64,000 bases of DNA. It comes from an uncultured Acidobacteriota bacterium (GTDB lineage Bacteria; Acidobacteriota; Thermoanaerobaculia; Multivoradales; SZUA-115). Both the position numbers and the translations under genes were made by a program. The stretch lies in NCBI GenBank assembly GCA_963805975.1, contig CAWDVR010000001.1, positions 160,001-224,000 of the forward strand, read 5' to 3'. The first letter of the stretch is position 1, and the number at the start of each line of letters is the position of its first letter. Of this stretch, positions 42,886 through 53,168 are shown piece after piece. Below the pieces are notes generated by a model. That model saw only the letters and a list, made by a program, of their open reading frames with translations, was not told where the DNA came from and did not search any database.

Positions 42886-44967
42886 TCAGAAGCGGTACTC
42901 GACGCCGGCGAAGAGCGACGCGCCGTCGCCGGGCAGGAACTGGGCCGAGTCGCGCCCGCGCGCGTCGGCGATCACGCCGGTGGTGGCGGCGTAGGTCTCG
43001 TCCGTCAGGTTGCGGCCTTCGAGGAAGCCGCCGAAGCCACGGTCCCGGCGGTAGCCCACCCTGGCGCCCCAGACCGTGTAGCCGTCGGCAAAGAGCGTGT
43101 TGGCGTGGTCCACCGCGTAGCGCGACGGCACCCATTCGAGGCTCGGCCCGCCGTAGAGGCCGCCGGGGTGGCGGAAGCTCACCTCGCTGCGCAGCCAGTG
43201 CTCGGGCAGGCCGGCGAGCTGGAGGCTCCCGTACACCGGATCGCCGTCGAACCGGAAGCGGTTCCACAGGTAGCTCTGCCGCAGGTCGAGCCGGCCGCCG
43301 GTGGGCGAGGACCAGAGCGCCAGGTCGAGGCCCACCTCGGCCCCGGCGTGCACCGTGCGGTCCGCGTTGATGGTGCCGAGCGGATTGCCCTGGCCGTCGT
43401 TCTGGGAGAGCAGCTCGTCTTCCACCCACGCGTGGTAGAGCACCACGTCCCAGCTCAGGGGGCCCCGCCGGCCCCGGCTGCCGACCTCGATCGAGGTGGA
43501 GGTCTGCGCCTCCAGGTCGAGGAGGCCGTTGCCGCCCACGTTGGCCAGCTCGCCGAACGAGGGCGGCTCGAAGCTGCGAGCCAGGTTGGCGAACACCGCG
43601 ACGCCGGGACCCGCGTCCCAGAGCAGCCCGACCTTGGGGGACAGGCCGGTGAACTCCTGGGTGTCGGTCTGGTCGCCGTCCACCAGGAAGTCGTCCTCGA
43701 AGGCCCGCTCGGCGAAGGAGGCCTGGAAGCCGGCGGAGAGCGACAGCTTCTCGCGGAGCGCGTGGCGGTCCTCGGCGTAGAGGTCGAAGTTCGTCGACCG
43801 CGTCTCGCCGCGAGCGGTGCGGTCACCACGGCGGCCGGCCAGGTTGCGGAAGCGGTTGTCCTCGAGCCAGCCCACCGCCGGGGCGAGGCCCACCACCAGT
43901 CGGTTCTCCCGGCCGCCGAGGGTGGCGGCGCGCTCGTAGCGGAGGTCGGCACCCACGTCGTGCGAGAGCTGGTCCAGCACCTGGAAGATGGGGTGGTCCA
44001 GGTGCTTGTAGGAGTAGAAGCTGCCGAGGTCGAAGCGCGAGCTCCCGCCGGTGACGAGGCTGGTGCGGTTGGCGACCCGCAGCAGGTCGAAGTTCCGCTT
44101 CTGGTCGAGCGCCAGGTTGCCGGGAGCGGCCTGCGAGGCGTCGCTCTCGAGCTGGGCGCGCGTCAGGTTGCCGGGCAGCTCGGAGTCGGTGGCCACCGCC
44201 GTGACGTAGAAGCGGGTCTCGCGCTCGGCATCGAACCGGTAGCCCAGGTTGCCGAAGAGCCGCTGGGTCTCCTGGACGCTGTGGTCGCGGAAGCCGTCCT
44301 GCTCGAAGTGGGCGAGCGTCGCGAAGTAGTCGAAGGCGCCGCGCTCGGCGCCGCTCGACACCTGGGCGCGCCCGTAGCCGAAGCTGCCGCCTTCGAGGCG
44401 CGCCTGGAGCGGGCTCGCCTGGTGGCCGGTGCGGGAGAGGAAGTTGATGGCGCCGCCCAGGGTGGAGGCGCCGTGCTCCAGGCCGTTGGGCCCGCGGAAC
44501 ACCTCCACGTGGCGTGCCGCCAGCGGCTCTACCGCCTGGAAGTCGAAGCCGCCGTCGGCGAGGTTCAGGGGCACGCCGTCCTGCAGCAGCTTGAGGCCGC
44601 GGCCGTGGAAGGTGCGTTGCAGGCCGGAGCCGCGGATCGAGAGGCGGGCCTCCTCGGCACCGAAGCGGGGTTGCACGAAGACCCCCGGCGCCATCTCGAG
44701 CGCGTCCTTGAGGGTGGAGACCCGTCCCTCCTCGTAGGTCTCGGCGTCCACGAACGAGGTGGCACCGGCGACGGCCGCCAGCGCGGCCCTGGCCTCGGCC
44801 GGCGAAGGGGTGGTGAGCGACGGGCTGTCCTGGACGGTGATCTGGTCCTCGTAGGTCGGCGTTGGGGGTTCCGCAGCGGGTGCGGTTTCGGCGGCAAAGA
44901 GAGCAGACCCCACTCCGAGCGCCAGGCAAAAGGCGCCGGCGGGGGCCACGAGCCATCGGGTTCTCAT
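42886..44967 (-). CDS. TonB-dependent receptor
   Basis: Plug PGV..LSIRGSG..LLQDGVPLN..VEVFRG..GGAINF; barrel ending NLTDETY...GVEYRF (terminal Phe). Confidence 0.95.
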   Translation of the reverse strand: MRTRWLVAPAGAFCLALGVGSALFAAETAPAAEPPTPTYEDQITVQDSPSLTTPSPAEARAALAAVAGATSFVDAETYEEGRVSTLKDALEMAPGVFVQPRFGAEEARLSIRGSGLQRTFHGRGLKLLQDGVPLNLADGGFDFQAVEPLAARHVEVFRGPNGLEHGASTLGGAINFLSRTGHQASPLQARLEGGSFGYGRAQVSSGAERGAFDYFATLAHFEQDGFRDHSVQETQRLFGNLGYRFDAERETRFYVTAVATDSELPGNLTRAQLESDASQAAPGNLALDQKRNFDLLRVANRTSLVTGGSSRFDLGSFYSYKHLDHPIFQVLDQLSHDVGADLRYERAATLGGRENRLVVGLAPAVGWLEDNRFRNLAGRRGDRTARGETRSTNFDLYAEDRHALREKLSLSAGFQASFAERAFEDDFLVDGDQTDTQEFTGLSPKVGLLWDAGPGVAVFANLARSFEPPSFGELANVGGNGLLDLEAQTSTSIEVGSRGRRGPLSWDVVLYHAWVEDELLSQNDGQGNPLGTINADRTVHAGAEVGLDLALWSSPTGGRLDLRQSYLWNRFRFDGDPVYGSLQLAGLPEHWLRSEVSFRHPGGLYGGPSLEWVPSRYAVDHANTLFADGYTVWGARVGYRRDRGFGGFLEGRNLTDETYAATTGVIADARGRDSAQFLPGDGASLFAGVEYRF

Positions 44968-45078
44968 GACGTCCTCCGGGTTGAAAGAGAGCCTCGGCAA
45001 GCCACGCCGGGCTGCGACGTCGCAGCCCGGTAGGCAGGACTTACCTACCGGTTTCCCGCTCTGGGGCGGGCTCGGGAC

Positions 45079-45537
45079 TCAGGCAGCGTCGAGGCGCGGG
45101 GGAGGACGTTCGGGCGAGCGGGGGTGCGACAGCGGAAGTGGAGGCGCCTCGGCCGGCAGCAGGCCGCCGCGGGCGGCGGCCGCCAGCACCGGCGAGGCGT
45201 CGAGGATCCCGGGCTGAGGGCGAGGGTCGGCGAAAGGCACGGTGCTGGCCGGCTGCCCGCCCTCGCGCCGGAGCTGGCAGCGGTCGGGCGGGCCGCCGGC
45301 TTCCTGGTGATCCATCTCCGAGTGATGGGCTTCCTGGTGGTGAGCGGCCGGACCGGTGTCGCAGTGATCGCCTTCGGCCGGCGCCTGACCCGCGGAGCGC
45401 AGACAGCAGCAGGCCTTGCCGTGCCAGTGGCCGCAGCCGCAGAGGCCGAGAGCATTGGCGCACATCTGACCCACCGGCGGAGCGAGGAGCGCCGCGATGA
45501 TCAAGGCTGCAAAGACCGCACGAAACCTGAATTGCAC
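45079..45537 (-). CDS. Cys/His-rich leader protein (DUF2946/CruR-like) with a C-terminal RPPP motif
   Basis: N-terminal TM/signal segment; CANALGLCGCGHWHGKACCC and HCDTGPAAHHQEAHHSEMDH; C-terminus HPRSPERPPPRLDAA; directly upstream of the TonB receptor. Confidence 0.7.
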   Translation of the reverse strand: MQFRFRAVFAALIIAALLAPPVGQMCANALGLCGCGHWHGKACCCLRSAGQAPAEGDHCDTGPAAHHQEAHHSEMDHQEAGGPPDRCQLRREGGQPASTVPFADPRPQPGILDASPVLAAAARGGLLPAEAPPLPLSHPRSPERPPPRLDAA

Positions 45538-45608
45538 TGCCGGTATCCTACGCCCAGGAGTGGCGCTGAGGAAGGTCCGACGCTGCTTCAGGTCGTCGAG
45601 CCGTGCCG

Positions 45609-45896
45609 CTAAGCTGCCGTCAGGCGTCGCACGCGCAAGGTCGTCCGCTTTTCCTCGGCCCGCCAGAGGTCATGCTGGAGCTGCTGGGCGAGCCAGCTTT
45701 CGGCCGTGGTGTCGAAGGCCAGCGAAAGCCGGATGGCCATCTCCGGGCTGACTCCCACATGCCCGTTGAGGATCCCCGACAGCGTTTTCCGGCTAATGCC
45801 CAGTGCCTGGGCCGCTGCGGTAACCGTCAGGCCCAGGGGCTCCAGGCACAGCGACTTCAAGACCTCGCCGGGGTGAGGTGGGTTGTGCATTCTCAT
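45609..45896 (-). CDS. higA: HigA antitoxin (HTH)
   Basis: [11 protein letters not shown]...[18 protein letters not shown]...SPEMAIRL...WLAQQ. Confidence 0.93.
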   Translation of the reverse strand: MRMHNPPHPGEVLKSLCLEPLGLTVTAAAQALGISRKTLSGILNGHVGVSPEMAIRLSLAFDTTAESWLAQQLQHDLWRAEEKRTTLRVRRLTAA

Positions 45897-46177
45897 CAGT
45901 GGTAGTCCTCGTAGTCGACCCGATCGACATCCTTCCCCTCGAAACCGAAGGTCACCCGCCAGTTGCCGCTCACCCGGACCGCCCAGGTGCCCTGACGAGG
46001 CCCTTGGAGAGGGTGCAAGTGCAGCCCCGGCAGATTCATGTCCCGCGGCTCTGTGGCCACGTTCAACCGGCCGAGGATCAACCGAAGCCTGTCCGCGTGT
46101 TGCGCCTGGATCTTGGAAGCCTTGCCGGTGGTGAAGAAGTGCTCCAAGCCCTTGTGCCGAAACCCGCGGATTGCCAC
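45896..46177 (-). CDS. higB: HigB toxin (RelE/ParE superfamily)
   Basis: IRGFRHKGL...LHPLQG...[13 protein letters not shown]...DYEDYH; stop overlaps the higA start. Confidence 0.93.
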   Translation of the reverse strand: MAIRGFRHKGLEHFFTTGKASKIQAQHADRLRLILGRLNVATEPRDMNLPGLHLHPLQGPRQGTWAVRVSGNWRVTFGFEGKDVDRVDYEDYH

Positions 46178-46187
46178 GGCAAAGGAG

Positions 46188-46213
46188 TGTAACCCGTCCC
46201 TTCACGGGTTACA
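46188..46213. promoter_or_regulatory. Perfect inverted repeat, likely the higBA operator
   Basis: TGTAACCCGT-CCCTTC-ACGGGTTACA (10-bp arms) about 10 bp upstream of the higB start. Confidence 0.75.
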
Positions 46214-46251
46214 AGGCGGCGACACAAGCCTGAAACTTGGTGGGTGTCTCC

Positions 46252-47115
46252 TTACACGCCCTCGAAGATCTCCGCCAGGCGCTCCACCCCGTCCACCAGC
46301 CGCGGGCCGGGGCGGCTGAAGAGGCCGTTGGCGTCGAGCGGGTGGGCGTGGCCAGCCGCGACCGCCGCGAGGCCCTGCCAGGCGGGGCGATCTTCGAGCA
46401 GCGCCATTTGCGCCCGCGCTCCGGCCTCGTCGTAGCCGCAGGGCATCACCAGGACGATCTCGGGGTCCGCGGCGGCGATCTCCTCCCAGGCAGCCCGGCG
46501 CGAGGGGTCGCCCGGCCGGGCGAAGGCGTCCTCGCCGCCGGCCCAGGCGATCATCTCCGGCACCCAGTGGCCGGCGAGAAACGGCGGGTCCAGCCATTCG
46601 AGCGCCGCCACTCGCGGGCGGCGCTTTCCCTGGCGCGCCGCGGCCACGGCTTCGAGCCGGTGGCGAAGGCTCGCGACCAGCGCCTCGGCCTGGCGCTCGC
46701 GGCCGATCGCGGCGCCGGTGGCGAGGATGTCCCTCAGCACGTCCTCGAACCGCTTGGGATCGAGCGACAGCACCTCCGGGCAGCGGGGCAGCAGCGCCAC
46801 GGCGCCGTCCACCTGCGCGGTCGAGACGGCGCACACCGGGCAGAGCTGCTGGGTGACGATCAGGTCGGGGGCCAAGCGGGCAATCGCCTCCTCGTCGAGC
46901 GTGTAGAGGCTTTCGCCGGAGGCGAGCTGGCCGCTGACCGCGGCGTCGATGGCCGCGGCCGAGAGGTCTCGAGGCAAAGCGCTCCCCGTGAGCTGGGGCC
47001 GGGCGCGCGCTTCGGGCGGGAAGTCGCACTCGTGGGAGACGCCGACCACCTGCTCGCCGGCGCCGAGCGCGAAAAGGATCTCGGTGCCGTTGGGCACCAG
47101 AGAGATGATCCTCAT
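46252..47115 (-). CDS. BtuF/cobalamin-binding-like (TroA superfamily) protein without a signal peptide
   Basis: MRIISLVPNGTEILFALG..VVGVSHECDFP, PDLIVTQQLCPVCAV, EWLDPPFLAGHW, FSRPGPRL. Confidence 0.85.
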   Translation of the reverse strand: MRIISLVPNGTEILFALGAGEQVVGVSHECDFPPEARARPQLTGSALPRDLSAAAIDAAVSGQLASGESLYTLDEEAIARLAPDLIVTQQLCPVCAVSTAQVDGAVALLPRCPEVLSLDPKRFEDVLRDILATGAAIGRERQAEALVASLRHRLEAVAAARQGKRRPRVAALEWLDPPFLAGHWVPEMIAWAGGEDAFARPGDPSRRAAWEEIAAADPEIVLVMPCGYDEAGARAQMALLEDRPAWQGLAAVAAGHAHPLDANGLFSRPGPRLVDGVERLAEIFEGV

Positions 47116-47588
47116 GCCTCCCAGGCCACCGGGTCGCCCACCGCGATCGGCCCGCCGTCGAGCACCTCGCCGTAGGAACCGCCGCGCCAGTCCTTGCCCA
47201 TGACGGCGCGGAGATCGGGGTGCGCCTCGTTCATGCGCTCGCAGGGCCGGGTCTCGGAGAGGATGCGGATGCGGCACGGCCCCACGCGGAGCACGCGGCT
47301 GCGGACCCCGGCGAGCGGCACGCCCGAGAGCAGCAGGTTGGCCCGCCGCGCCGTCTTGGGCACGCTGACGCCGAGCTCGGCCTCGATCGCGTCCCAGGCC
47401 TCGCGCTCGATCACCGTCACCTGCCGCTTGCCGCCCTGGTTGGCGTTGCCCACGAGGCCCCGGCCGGCCACCAGCTCGGCGCGCTCGGCGGGGTCCATGG
47501 GAGCGCGCTTGCCGCGCTTGACCCAGATCGCCTCCAGGCGACCGGCCGGCGCGCCCTCGCCAGATAGAGTCGAACCCGGTTCGCTCAC
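47112..47588 (-). CDS. MOSC domain-containing protein
   Basis: AELVAGRGLVGN, RQVTVI, RRANLLLSG, TRPCERM, WRGG..GEVLDGGPIAVGD. Confidence 0.88.
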   Translation of the reverse strand: MSEPGSTLSGEGAPAGRLEAIWVKRGKRAPMDPAERAELVAGRGLVGNANQGGKRQVTVIEREAWDAIEAELGVSVPKTARRANLLLSGVPLAGVRSRVLRVGPCRIRILSETRPCERMNEAHPDLRAVMGKDWRGGSYGEVLDGGPIAVGDPVAWEA

Positions 47589-48391
47589 GGCTTGGGTGCC
47601 GGCTCGGGCGGCGCCACCAGGCGATCGGGAGAGGTGAAGATCGAGTCCGCCATCTCGCTCTCGACGGCGATCGAGTCGAGCGGGAGCTGGCGGCCCTCGC
47701 TCACCTCGAGGCGGCCGGAAGCGAGCATGATGCCGCCGTAGGGTTTCCAGTCCGTCCACTTCCAGGCCGTGGCCGGGCGGTCCGCGGGGTAGTCCTGGAG
47801 GATGTAGGCCCAGCGGTCCACCAGACCGGTCTCGCGGTTGACCCAGAACCAGTAGCGGTCCTTGGGCGTCAGGCCGACGTTGTCGAAGCTCAGGCGGAGC
47901 TTGTCGTAGACCGTGCCGTCGAGGGTCTCCTCGCCGTCGTAGGCGAGGTGGGTGCCGGGGTCGCGCAGCTTGTAGGGCGCGAGCAGCCAGTAGGTGTCGT
48001 TGATCCAGGTGCCGTAGGCCCTGTCCAGACCTTCCTTCGCCTCCGGGCCGGTGATCTCGACGCCGTTCTTCCAGCCGCGCCCCTCGCGGGTGTTGACGTT
48101 CTCGAGGAACACGAAGTGCTCGCCCCCGCGGTTGGTGAACTCGACGCGGTGGCGGCCGGTGTGCTTGTCCCACCAGTGGTTGCGGAAGCCGGCGAAGCGG
48201 AAGCGCAGGAAGCGCGCGTCGTCGAAGGCTTTCTGCCCGCCCAGGGCCTGCATCACGCGCTCGGCGACCGCGTTGGCCTTGGGGTCCTCGCTCCCGGCCG
48301 GCGGCGTCTCGGCGGCCCGGGAAGGTACGGCGATCGCGGCGGCGATGGCGATGGAGGCGACCAGAGGTAATAGAAGTGAGGTTCTCTTCAC
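47585..48391 (-). CDS. Secreted hypothetical protein
   Basis: Signal peptide; VMQALGG, WINDTYWLLAPYKLRDPG, VGLTPKDRYW look conserved. Confidence 0.75.
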   Translation of the reverse strand: MKRTSLLLPLVASIAIAAAIAVPSRAAETPPAGSEDPKANAVAERVMQALGGQKAFDDARFLRFRFAGFRNHWWDKHTGRHRVEFTNRGGEHFVFLENVNTREGRGWKNGVEITGPEAKEGLDRAYGTWINDTYWLLAPYKLRDPGTHLAYDGEETLDGTVYDKLRLSFDNVGLTPKDRYWFWVNRETGLVDRWAYILQDYPADRPATAWKWTDWKPYGGIMLASGRLEVSEGRQLPLDSIAVESEMADSIFTSPDRLVAPPEPAPKP

Positions 48392-48514
48392 GGCAGGGGT
48401 TCCCCTTCGGCAGTGTGCGGAGGTCTCGGGAGCGGAGCCAAGCGCTGTAACGCTCGAGCTAACAATCAGTCTACCTCGCGGACGAGCCGACCGGCTCGCG
48501 GCTCGAACCGGGTG

Positions 48515-48541
48515 GGTGTATCATACCCGTCTGCATACACC
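48515..48541. promoter_or_regulatory. Inverted repeat, likely the vapBC operator
   Basis: GGTGTAT-N13-ATACACC just upstream of the vapB RBS. Confidence 0.55.
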
Positions 48542-48559
48542 TCCTCCTGGAGCACTGAG

Positions 48560-48772
48560 ATGAGAACCAACATCGTATTGGACGACCAGCTCATCGAAGA
48601 GGCATTTGCCCTCACCGGCAAACGAACCAAGCGAGAGCTGATCGACCTCGCGTTGCGCGAGCTGGTGCGCTCGCGCCGCAAGAAGGATCTCTCCGAGCTG
48701 GCCGGCCGCATCCGGTTCCGCGACGGCTTTGACCACAAGACGCTGCGAGACCTCGGTCGTGGTGCTGGTTGA
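48560..48772 (+). CDS. vapB: VapB antitoxin (RHH type)
   Basis: MRTNIVLDDQLIEEAFALTGKRTKRELIDLALRELV. Confidence 0.9.
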   Translation: MRTNIVLDDQLIEEAFALTGKRTKRELIDLALRELVRSRRKKDLSELAGRIRFRDGFDHKTLRDLGRGAG

Positions 48773-49157
48773 TACCTCGGTCTGGATCGAGGTGCTGCGC
48801 GACGCGCGCGGTGAAAAGCGCGCCGCTCTGCACCGCGTGCTCGACGGCGAGGAAGCCTGGCTCAGCCGGTTCTGCCAGCTCGAGCTGCTGCAAGGTTGTC
48901 GCGACGAGAAGGAGTGGAGCCTGCTGACCGGCTATCTCGAGGCGCAGGACTATCTGGAACCTGCCCCCGGGGCATGGAGCGCTGCGGCGCGCGTCTACTA
49001 CGATCTCCGTCGCCTCGGCCGGACGGTCCGCAGCCCGATCGATTGCTGTATTGCTCAGCTCGCCCTCGACTACGACCTGTTGGTTCTGCACTGCGACCGC
49101 GACTTCGAGACGATCGCTCGGGTGCGGCCCTTGCGCCACCTCTGGTTCGAGGTCTGA
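48759..49157 (+). CDS. vapC: VapC PIN-domain toxin
   Basis: VLVDTSVWI, ELLQG, DCCIAQLA, LHCDRDFE; overlaps the vapB stop. Confidence 0.92.
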   Translation: MVLVDTSVWIEVLRDARGEKRAALHRVLDGEEAWLSRFCQLELLQGCRDEKEWSLLTGYLEAQDYLEPAPGAWSAAARVYYDLRRLGRTVRSPIDCCIAQLALDYDLLVLHCDRDFETIARVRPLRHLWFEV

Positions 49158-51434
49158 ATGTTCGCCGAGAGACCACCGATGACCCCCATTCCCCCCCACT
49201 CCCACGGCGACGACACCCGCCGCAACCGGCTGGCCGGCGAGAGCAGCCCGTACCTGTTGCTGCACCAGACCAACCCGGTCGACTGGTACCCCTGGGGCGA
49301 GGAGGCGCTCGCCCGCGCCCATGCGGAGAATCGCCCCATCTTCCTTTCCGTGGGCTACTCGACCTGCTACTGGTGCCACGTCATGGAGCGCGAGTCGTTC
49401 TCGAACCCCGAGATCGCCGCGCTGATGAACCGGCACTTCGTCAACGTCAAGGTGGATCGCGAGGAGCGCCCCGATCTCGACGAGATCTACATGTCGGCCA
49501 CCCAGATCCTCACCAGCCAGGGCGGCTGGCCCAACTCCGTGTTTCTCACTCCGGACCTGAAGCCGTTCTACGCCGGCACGTACTTCCCGCCCGTCGACCG
49601 CTACGGCCGGCCCGGCTTCGGCACCCTGATACTGGCCATGGCGGACGCCTGGAAGAACCGGCGCTCGGACATCGACAGTCAGGCCGAGGAGCTCTCCGGC
49701 GCCATGCGCCGCTTCCTGGAGGAGCGGGTGCAGCCGGGCGAGAGGCCGCCCGGGCCGGAGTCCGCACGCCGCGCCGCCGAGGCGCTGGCGCGCCAGTTCG
49801 ACCGCGACTGGGGCGGCTTCGGGTCGGCGCCCAAGTTTCCGTCCCCCGCCAATCTCTTCCTGCTCCAGGAGCTGGCAGGGGAGGCCCCCGAGCTGGCGCA
49901 GATGCTCGCCGCGACCCTCGATGCCATGGCGCGCGGCGGCCTCTACGACCAGTTGGGCGGCGGCTTCCACCGTTACGCGACCGACCGCGAGTGGAAGGTG
50001 CCGCACTTCGAGAAGATGCTCTACGACAACGGCCTGCTGCTCGAGGTCTACGCCGCGGAGCACGTGCGCACGGGGGAGCCGGAGTGGGCGCGCATCGCGC
50101 TCGAGACGGCGGAGTTCCTGGCCCGCGAGATGACGCTGCCGAGCGGCGCGCTGGCGAGCGCCATCGATGCCGAGACCGAGGGCGACGAGGGCGCCTACTA
50201 CGTCTGGAGCCGCGGCGAGCTGGACGCCGTGCTGGGACCGGAGGACGCGGCCTTCCTGGCGCCGCTCCTGGGCTTCGACGGGCGGCCCTTCTTCGAGGGC
50301 GGCCGCTACGTGCTCCACCTGCCGCGGCCGATCGCCGAGCAGGCGGAGGCGCGGCGCATGCGCCGCGAGGCGCTGCTCGAAGAGATGGCGCCGCTCGAAG
50401 CGAAGCTTCTCGCCGCGCGCTACCAGCGCCAGCGCCCGCTCACCGACGACAAGATCCTGGCGGACTGGAACGGCACCGCCATCGCGGGCCTGGCGGTGGC
50501 CGGCCGCGCGCTCGACCGGCCGGACCTGGTGGAACGGGCCGCCACGGCCGCGCGGGCCGTGCTCGCGGTGTTGCGGCCGGGCGAGACCCTGCTGCACACG
50601 GCGCGCGGGGACCACGCCAAGCTCCCCGCCTACCTCTCGGACTACGCCTTCCTGGTGCGCGGGCTGCTGGCGCTCGAGCGGGCGCAGCCGGGGGAAGGTT
50701 GGCTTGCGATCGCGCGCGAGCTGACCGACGAGCAGGTCCGGCGGCTCGGCGACCCGGCAGGCGGCTTCTTCGTCGCCGCCACGGCGCCGGATCTCCTGTT
50801 CCGCAGCAAGGAGGTCTTCGACGGCGCCATGCCCTCAGCCAACGCCGTGGCCGCGCTCAACCTGGTCGAGCTGGCGGCGGCGACTGGCGAGGAGCGCTAC
50901 CGCGACCTCGCCGCCAGCACCCTCACCGCCTTCGCGCCGCTCGTCGAGCGCTACCCGGAGGCGGTGCGGACGCTGGCGCTCGCCGCCCGCCGCTTCGCCG
51001 CGCTGCCGGGCGCGGCGGCCAACTCGGCGAGACCAGCTCCTCGTCCCAACCGGCTCGCCGACGAGGCGGACCAAGTGGTGGAGGCTGCCGTCGAGGTCGC
51101 GCCGGCGGGCGAGGGAGAAGCCGGGCGAGAGCTGCGGGTGAAGCTCGCCATCGCCCCCGGCTGGCACCTGCACGCCAACCCGGCCACAGAGGGCTTCGTC
51201 GCCACCCGCCTCGAAGCGGAGGGAGCGGAGCTGGCAGCGGTCTCCTACCCGCGGGGCTACTACTACCGGCCCACGTCCGGCGGCGACACGCTGCTGATCT
51301 ACGAGGGCACGGTCGAGATCACGGCCCGGTTGCAAAGCGCTGCCGAAGGCGCCGCGGTGCTCCTCACCTACCAGCCGTGCGACGCGTCCCGCTGCCTGCC
51401 GGCCGTCACCCGGCGGCTGCCGCTGCCGGGATGA
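49158..51434 (+). CDS. YyaL/SPATA20-family thioredoxin-domain protein with a C-terminal DsbD-N-like domain
   Basis: [58 protein letters not shown]; tail IAPGWHL...[11 protein letters not shown]. Confidence 0.92.
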   Translation: MFAERPPMTPIPPHSHGDDTRRNRLAGESSPYLLLHQTNPVDWYPWGEEALARAHAENRPIFLSVGYSTCYWCHVMERESFSNPEIAALMNRHFVNVKVDREERPDLDEIYMSATQILTSQGGWPNSVFLTPDLKPFYAGTYFPPVDRYGRPGFGTLILAMADAWKNRRSDIDSQAEELSGAMRRFLEERVQPGERPPGPESARRAAEALARQFDRDWGGFGSAPKFPSPANLFLLQELAGEAPELAQMLAATLDAMARGGLYDQLGGGFHRYATDREWKVPHFEKMLYDNGLLLEVYAAEHVRTGEPEWARIALETAEFLAREMTLPSGALASAIDAETEGDEGAYYVWSRGELDAVLGPEDAAFLAPLLGFDGRPFFEGGRYVLHLPRPIAEQAEARRMRREALLEEMAPLEAKLLAARYQRQRPLTDDKILADWNGTAIAGLAVAGRALDRPDLVERAATAARAVLAVLRPGETLLHTARGDHAKLPAYLSDYAFLVRGLLALERAQPGEGWLAIARELTDEQVRRLGDPAGGFFVAATAPDLLFRSKEVFDGAMPSANAVAALNLVELAAATGEERYRDLAASTLTAFAPLVERYPEAVRTLALAARRFAALPGAAANSARPAPRPNRLADEADQVVEAAVEVAPAGEGEAGRELRVKLAIAPGWHLHANPATEGFVATRLEAEGAELAAVSYPRGYYYRPTSGGDTLLIYEGTVEITARLQSAAEGAAVLLTYQPCDASRCLPAVTRRLPLPG

Positions 51435-51479
51435 AGGCCCTGTAGCGGCGCGAAGAATCAGGCGCCGAACGCGTCCGGT

Positions 51480-51896
51480 TCAGCGGCGGCGCGCTGAAGG
51501 TTTCGACTTGCCGGCGCTGTTGAGGGCGACCGCTTGGCGAACGAGCGCCTTGAAGGCGGCCTCGTCCACTTCTTCGCCTTCATGGATGTCGATCGCGCGG
51601 CGTACGTTTCCGTCGAGACTCGAGTTGAAGAGACGGGCCGTATCCTCGAGAGACGCACCCTTGTGGAAGGTGAGCTTCACGACATTCTTGTAGGACTCGC
51701 CAGTGCAGATGATGCCGTCGTGCGACCAAACCGGAGTGCCCATCCACTTCCACTCCTCGACGACGTCCGGGTCTGCTTCCTGGATGAGCTTGCGCATTCT
51801 GCCGAGGGTTTCCCCGCGCCAGTCCCCGAGCTCGACGATTCTTTCCGAGATGAGCGCCGATGCCGACTGGCCTTGGCTCGCGTCCGACTTTTTCAT
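51480..51896 (-). CDS. DUF1801 (YdhG-like) protein
   Basis: DWRGETL..R.LI..ADP.VVEEWKWMGTPVW..DGIICTGE.YK..VKLTF.KGA. Confidence 0.88.
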   Translation of the reverse strand: MKKSDASQGQSASALISERIVELGDWRGETLGRMRKLIQEADPDVVEEWKWMGTPVWSHDGIICTGESYKNVVKLTFHKGASLEDTARLFNSSLDGNVRRAIDIHEGEEVDEAAFKALVRQAVALNSAGKSKPSARRR

Positions 51897-52102
51897 GGTC
51901 TCATCCTAGAAGTTCCAGAAGGTGTCGGCGACGATCGCCGTCGCGTCGTCCTCGACGGCGTTGGCATCGGACGACCCTCAACTGCTTTGCCTGGTATCAC
52001 TTGGTGGCATTCTACGCCAAGCTCCGCAGCAATCGACGCGACACGGAGACTACGCTCCGCTGCATGGCGCTCCGCTCGGACTGCGGCCATCATCCGGCAC
52101 GC

Positions 52103-53168
52103 TCAGGCCTGCCGCTCGACCAGCATCGCGTCGCCGTAGGAGTAGAAGCGGTAGCCTGACCGTCACGGCCTCGCGGTAGGCGGCCAGCACGCGCTCTTGG
52201 CCGGCGAAGGCTGCGACCAGCATCAGCAGCGTCGAGCGCGGCAGGTGGAAGTTGGTGAGGAGCACGTCCACGGCCTGGAAGCGGAAGCCGGGCGTGATGA
52301 ACAGCCGGGTCCGCCCGCTGCCGGGCTCCACCGCGCCGGTGGTGGCGGCCGCCGTCTCGAGCGTCCGCACGACGGTGGTGCCCACCGCCACCACCCGGCC
52401 ACCCCGCGCGCGGATCTCGTGGATCGCCTCCGCGGTCTCCGGTGGCACCTCGTACTCCTCCTGGTCCATGGTGTGGTCGGCCACGTGCTCGGCGGTCATC
52501 GGCTTGAAGGTCCCGAGGCCCACGTGCAGCGTGACCGCGGCCCGGTCCACGCCCGCGGCGGCCAGGGCGGCCGTCAGCCCGGGAGTGAAGTGCAGCCCCG
52601 CGGTGGGAGCGGCGATGGCACCGGGACGGCGGGCGAACATGGTCTGGTAGAGGTCGCGGTCGGCGCGGTCGTCGGCGCGCTTGATGTAGGGCGGCAGCGG
52701 CACGTGCCCCAGCTCCTCGAGCCGCGGCTCGAGCGGCGCCGAGAAGCGCAGCCGGCGCCGTCCCTCGGCGCCCGCCGCCAGCACCTCGGCCTCGATGCCG
52801 CTCAGGCTCTCGCCGGCCAGGAGCCCGATCTTCGCTCCCGGCGGAGCCTTCTTCGCCGGCTTCAGCAGGCAGTCCCACTCGGTGGGGCCCCGGCGCTCGA
52901 CCAGCAGCAGCTCGAGCCGCGCGCCGGGATCCTGCCCGGGGTTGGGCCTCGGCCGGAGGAGCCGACCGAAGAGCCGCGCCGGCAGCACCCGCGTGTCGTT
53001 CACCACCAGCAGATCGCCGGCGCGGAGCAGCGCCGGCAAGTCGGAGATCCGGCGGTGCTCCGGGGCGCCGCTTCCCGGCAGGCACAGCAGCCGCGCTTCG
53101 CCGCGGGGCACGGGGTGCTGTGCGATGCGGTCGGGCGCAAGCTCGTAGTCGAAGTCGGCGGTGAGCAT
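52103..53168 (-). CDS. queA: S-adenosylmethionine:tRNA ribosyltransferase-isomerase, apparent +1 frameshift near 52160
   Basis: FDYEL..IAQHP, NDTRV, PLPPYI, YQT, AAPTAGLHF, VGTT.VR, TNFHLPRSTL; the conserved GYRFYSYGDAML* tail is in the adjacent frame. Confidence 0.92.
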
